A program made the translations under genes and the position numbers. The notes under the pieces were generated by a model. It was not told where the DNA came from. It saw only the letters and a list, made by a program, of their open reading frames with translations, and ran no database searches. 64,000 nucleotides of DNA from Eimeria praecox (taxonomy: Eukaryota): positions 1,674,001-1,738,000 of the forward strand of contig OY986947.1 in assembly GCA_963920595.1 (NCBI GenBank), given 5' to 3'. Position 1 is the first letter of the stretch. Each line of letters starts with the position of its first letter. Positions 58,901-64,000 of this stretch are shown in pieces.

Positions 58901-61900
58901 TATCAGGCAATGCTCTTGACCGATCCTCATCAAAGCAAGTAGCTGCAGAAGCAGAACTGGCTTGAGGTCATATTTCATCCGCAGATGCAAACGAAACGCA
59001 GATAAGCAAAGACATTACCACAATATTCACGCCCCAGTTACTTACAAAAAATAAATCAGAGAAATACGACGCATTATGCACACAAATACAGATACTCACT
59101 CATGCGGTGTAATGCTGCATTCATCAGTTATGTCAAGTTACGTCATCGGTAGTCCGATATATGCTTGTCATTAAAATTCATCACCATTCCTCTCCTGCAG
59201 CCATTAACACCCTAGAAACAAAAACTGCACCCCATCATGCGTTCTCCTGCCTGCACTCATCAGCAAAGTGAGAATAGCGAGATGGAGCTTGATTCATAAC
59301 TTTTTAGCAGTCGTGTATATTCCATGCACCAGAATTGACAAGGCAATAAATAGCTTAGTCTAGGCTAGCACATGGCAGTACGTCAACTGCACATAAAACA
59401 TAAAACTCTGTAAAGTTAGTTGGACGCTTCGTCCTAGCCAATGCTCGCTCTCAGTCGAAAGATGGTGATTTGACTTGTAATCATCACAGGCAATCCGTAT
59501 ATAAGTAATAACTCCATCACCGAGGAAGCATGGGCTCTTGCAAGCTACTTTTCTACATCATTTAGCAATGCCACTTTAATAGTGCAACTCAAAGGGCACA
59601 GAAACGTTGTATCACACATCATGAAGTTTTCTTAAATTTCACGTCTGAAGAGACGGAAGCGACAAACTGCCACGTTCTGCTTGCCGCAGGGAAAATCGTA
59701 TCGCTCCCGCGTTAGAAGTATTTGCAGCTAGTTTAACGCAACTGGAGAACAGCAGCTCCGAGAAGCGCTGATAAACTGCTATTAAACAACGTGTGAAGGG
59801 CATGGTAATGAGCAACGCCATCAGACAGGGATAACTGGTTCAAAATGGTTTCCACAAGACATGCTTTCGGAAGCCAAGCGTTGTGGAGTCATCCTAAATG
59901 CGGTGCTGCATTGGCAAAATGTGCCATCCCCCCCTTGAAGCAACTAAAATGCAATTGATACCATGGGCCAACTCTTGCAACCAATTGTCGATACATGCTG
60001 CTGCTGCGAACCACTGATTTAAGCTGCCGGTTCTAATACCTTTATTTGCAAGTGTCACAACATCCCTGTAGTAGTAACTGTGAATTACTTAACCTACGCA
60101 AATGGAGTTACTGTAGCCCTAACCCCCATCGAAAACCCAAACAGTAACTCTAGTGTCAGCTTCTCCAGGGAGAAGATTCACGCAAAACCAAAGGCTTCAA
60201 CACGGCTAAAACCTCTACCGAACCACCAAACAGGGAGCACCAAAATGCATATCGTAGCTAGTTGCTCCTGAGTCCTTATAGCTTCCGGATGTCTCAGGAA
60301 CACATACCAAAAGGATGCTGCGGCGTTCTCCTTCAGAAGTTGCGACAGTAATTCCTCAATAACAGTTCAGAGAGAGGAACAATAAATTTATCATCCTTTA
60401 GCCGTTGTATCCCTTTTACAAAGGGGAATGCATGCACACATACACACTGCCAACACATGTCAGGGATTGCGACAGTAATTCCTCAATAACAGTTCAGAGA
60501 GAGGAACAAAAGAGTATCATCCTTCTCGTTGGCAGCATGCTGAATGGCCGGGCCAAGTTAATGGTGTAAGGTGAAATGGATCTAGCTGAACGCCGACGGG
60601 TACTCTACAGGCCCGTCCGTAAGCACCAAGCCTACATGGCTCTCAGCAGTTGTTTTAACGCGGCTTAGAAGTTAAGCAATGCATCGTGCCCCACCAAGCC
60701 ACGCAGATACCCTGCTTGATTCATCCACCAACTATAAATGCACGCGTACATAAGTCATTCTCATGTTTCAGCGAACCTCAGTTTCAGCAATGCAGTTAAT
60801 CAAAATTTGATTCATAGGACATGGATTATAATGTCGTCATCGGAAACGCTGATGAAATAAAATTAGGACATGATAAACCTTTTCAGTGCGATAAGGGATG
60901 CGTTCGCAGTTTGCTCATCACGGAAATCAGCGAGATTCCCATGAGCGAATGGCTCATCCTCAAGGTGTCCTAAATATGTATTTGCATGCACAACACAACA
61001 TCCAGCTACTCATACTAAAACACAAAAGCACGCAAAACGTAGCTGCTGTTTCTATATATAGGCTAGATGAGTATATCAGGCAATGCTCTTGACCGATCCT
61101 CATCAAAGCAAGTAGCTGCAGAAGCAGAACTGGCTTGAGGTCATATTTCATCCGCAGATGCAAACGAAACGCAGATAAGCAAAGACATTACCACAATATT
61201 CACGCCCCAGTTACTTACAAAAAATAAATCAGAGAAATACGACGCATTATGCACACAAATACAGATACTCACTCATGCGGTGTAATGCTGCATTCATCAG
61301 TTATGTCAAGTTACGTCATCGGTAGTCCGATATATGCTTGTCATTAAAATTCATCACCATTCCTCTCCTGCAGCCATTAACACCCTAGAAACAAAAACTG
61401 CACCCCATCATGCGTTCTCCTGCCTGCACTCATCAGCAAAGTGAGAATAGCGAGATGGAGCTTGATTCATAACTTTTTAGCAGTCGTGTATATTCCATGC
61501 ACCAGAATTGACAAGGCAATAAATAGCTTAGTCTAGGCTAGCACATGGCAGTACGTCAACTGCACATAAAACATAAAACTCTGTAAAGTTAGTTGGACGC
61601 ATCGTCTTAGCCAATGCTCGCTCTCAGTCGAAAGATGGTGATTTGACTTGTAATCATCACAGGCAATCCGTATATAAGTAATAACTCCATCACCGAGGAA
61701 GCACGGGCTCTTGCAAACTACTTTTCTACATCATTTAGCAATGCCACTTTAATAGTGCAACTCAAAGGGCACAGAAACGTTGTATCACACATCATGAAGT
61801 TTTCTTAAATTTCACGTCTGAAGAGACGGAAGCGACAAACTGCCACGTTCTGCTTGCCGCAGGGAAAATCGTATCGCTCCCGCGTTAGAAGTATTTGCAG

Positions 61901-64000
61901 CTAGTTTAACGCAACTGGAGAACAGCAGCTCCGAGAAGCGCTGATAAACTGCTATTAAACAACGTGTGAAGGGCATGGTAATGAGCAACGCCATCAGACA
62001 GGGATAACTGGTTCAAAATGGTTTCCACAAGACATGCTTTCGGAAGCCAAGCGTTGTGGAGTCATCCTAAATGCGGTGCTGCATTGGCAAAATGTGCCAT
62101 CCCCCCCTTGAAGCAACTAAAATGCAATTGATATCATGCGCCAACTCTTGCAACCAATTGTCGATACATGCTGCTGCTGCGAACCACTGATTTAAGCTGC
62201 CGGTTCTAATACCTTTATTTGCAAGTGTCACAACATCCCTGTAGTAGTAACTGTGAATTACTTAACCTACGCAAATGGAGTTACTGTAGCCCTAACCCCC
62301 ATCGAAAACCCAAACAGTAACTCTAGTGTCAGCTTCTCCAGGGAGAAGATTCACGCAAAACCAAAGGCTTCAACACGGCTAAAACCTCTACCGAACCACC
62401 AAACAGGGAGCACCAAAATGCATATCGTACCTAGTTGCTCCTGAGTCCTTATAGCTTCCGGATGTCTCAGGAACACATACCAAAAGGATGCTGCGGCGTT
62501 CTCCTTCAGAAGTTGCGACAGTAATTCCTCAATAACAGTTCAGAGAGAGGAACAATAAATTTATCATCCTTCAGCCGTTGTATCCCTTTTACAAAGGGGA
62601 ATGCATGCACACATACACACTGCCAACACATGTCAGGGATTGCGACAGTAATTCCTCAATAACAGTTCAGAGAGAGGAACAAAAGAGTATCATCCTTCTC
62701 GTTGGCAGCATGCTGAATGGCCGGGCCAAGTTAATGGTGTAAGGTGAAATGGATCTAGCTGAACGCCGACGGGTACTCTACAGGCCCGTCCGTAAGCACC
62801 AAGCCTACATGGCTCTCAGCAGTTGTTTTAACGCGGCTTAGAAGTTAAGCAATGCATCGTGCCCCACCAAGCCACGCAGATACCCTGCTTGATTCATCCA
62901 CCAACTATAAATGCACGCGTACATAAGTCATTCTCATGTTTCAGCGAACCTCAGTTTCAGCAATGCAGTTAATCAAAATTTCATTCATAGGACATGGATT
63001 ATAATGTCGTCATCGGAAACGCTGATGAAATAAAATTAGGACATGATAAACCTTTTCAGTGCGATAAGGGATGCGTTCGCAGTTTGCTCATCACGGAAAT
63101 CAGCGAGATTCCCATGAGCGAATGGCTCATCCTCAAGGTGTCCTAAATATGTATTTGCATGCACAACACAACATCCAGCTACTCATACTAAAACACAAAA
63201 GCACGCAAAACGTAGCTGCTGTTTCTATATATAGGCTAGATGAGTATATCAGGCAATGCTCTTGACCGATCCTCATCAAAGCAAGTAGCTGCAGAAGCAG
63301 AACTGGCTTGAGGTCATATTTCATCCGCAGATGCAAACGAAACGCAGATAAGCAAAGACATTACCACCATATTCACGCCCCAGTTACTTACAAAAAATAA
63401 ATCAGAGAAATACGACGCATTATGCACACAAATACAGATACTCACTCATGCGGTGTAATGCTGCATTCATCAGTTATGTCAAGTTACGTCATCGGTAGTC
63501 CGATATATGCTTGTCATTAAAATTCATCACCATTCCTCCCCTGCAGCCATTAACACCCTAGAAACAAAAACTGCACCCCATCATGCGTTCTCCTGCCTGC
63601 ACTCATCAGCAAAGTGAGAATAGCGAGATGGAGCTTGATTCATAACTTTTTAGCAGTCGTGTATATTCCATGCACCAGAATTGACAAGGCAATAAATAGC
63701 TTAGTCTAGGCTAGCACATGGCAGTACGTCAACTGCACATAAAACATAAAACTCTGTAAAGTTAGTTGGACGCATCGTCTTAGCCAATGCTCGCTCTCAG
63801 TCGAAAGATGGTGATTTGATTTGTAATCATCACAGGCAATCCGTATATAAGTAATAACTCCATCACCGAGGAAGCACGGGTTCTTGCAAACTACTTTTCT
63901 ACATCATTTAGCAATGCCACTTTAATAGTGCAACTGAAAGGGCACAGAAACGTTGTATCACACATCATGAAGTTTTCTTAAATTTCACGTCTGAAGAGAC

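Larger units (their letters stand above)
41268..64000 (-). repeat. Tandem array of a 2173-bp unit (about 10.5 copies, continues past the window), each unit a snoRNA cluster
   Basis: Near-identical small ORFs recur at exactly 2173-bp spacing (41341, 43514, 45687 ... 63071). Homology begins at ATTATAAT 41268 (= 43441 - 2173). Units differ by scattered SNPs, plus one inversion in unit 1. Confidence 0.98.

Noticed and set aside
41341..63336. Recurring 60-67-aa ORFs in the array as a protein-coding (e.g. SAG surface antigen) tandem family
   Set aside because: No signal peptide, SAG cysteine pattern, GPI signal or phase-consistent exon chain. The ORFs overlap snoRNA elements on both strands.
41268..64000. 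5S rRNA, tRNA, spliceosomal snRNA or rDNA array
   Set aside because: No extended similarity to these RNAs. The rRNA matches are only 10-14 nt and mostly lie next to D/D' boxes, as expected for guides.

Overview
Eukaryotic genomic DNA from a coccidian (Eimeria-like) parasite. The assignment rests on CAG/GCA triplet tracts inside exons, telomere-like AAACCCT heptamers in introns, TGCATGCA motifs and a repeat-rich to repeat-poor transition. Positions 1-36 kb carry the 3' part of a plant-type MSH1 (MutS + GIY-YIG), a PHS/Pho84-type MFS transporter, a DMT/SLC35F-like transporter, a Glu/Lys-rich protein with a C-terminal TM helix, a TTLL6/13 tubulin polyglutamylase (one GC-AG intron), a Mss116-family DEAD-box protein with degenerate catalytic motifs, and an intronless cathepsin B. 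From 41268 to the window end lies a near-perfect tandem array of a 2173-bp unit (about 10.5 copies, running off the window). The unit is not protein-coding. On the minus strand it packs eight box C/D snoRNA-like genes; five carry recognisable rRNA guides equivalent to U79, U38/snR61, U27/snR74, U51/snR39 and snR38. Two further paralogs are complementary to the sarcin-ricin-loop region, one is an orphan, and several G-U-rich hairpins (H/ACA-like candidates) lie in between. This is a tandemly amplified, probably polycistronic snoRNA cluster, with a snoRNA-sized micro-inversion in the terminal unit and a 2-unit higher-order repeat. All rRNA and snoRNA matches are from recalled conserved sequences, not a database search.
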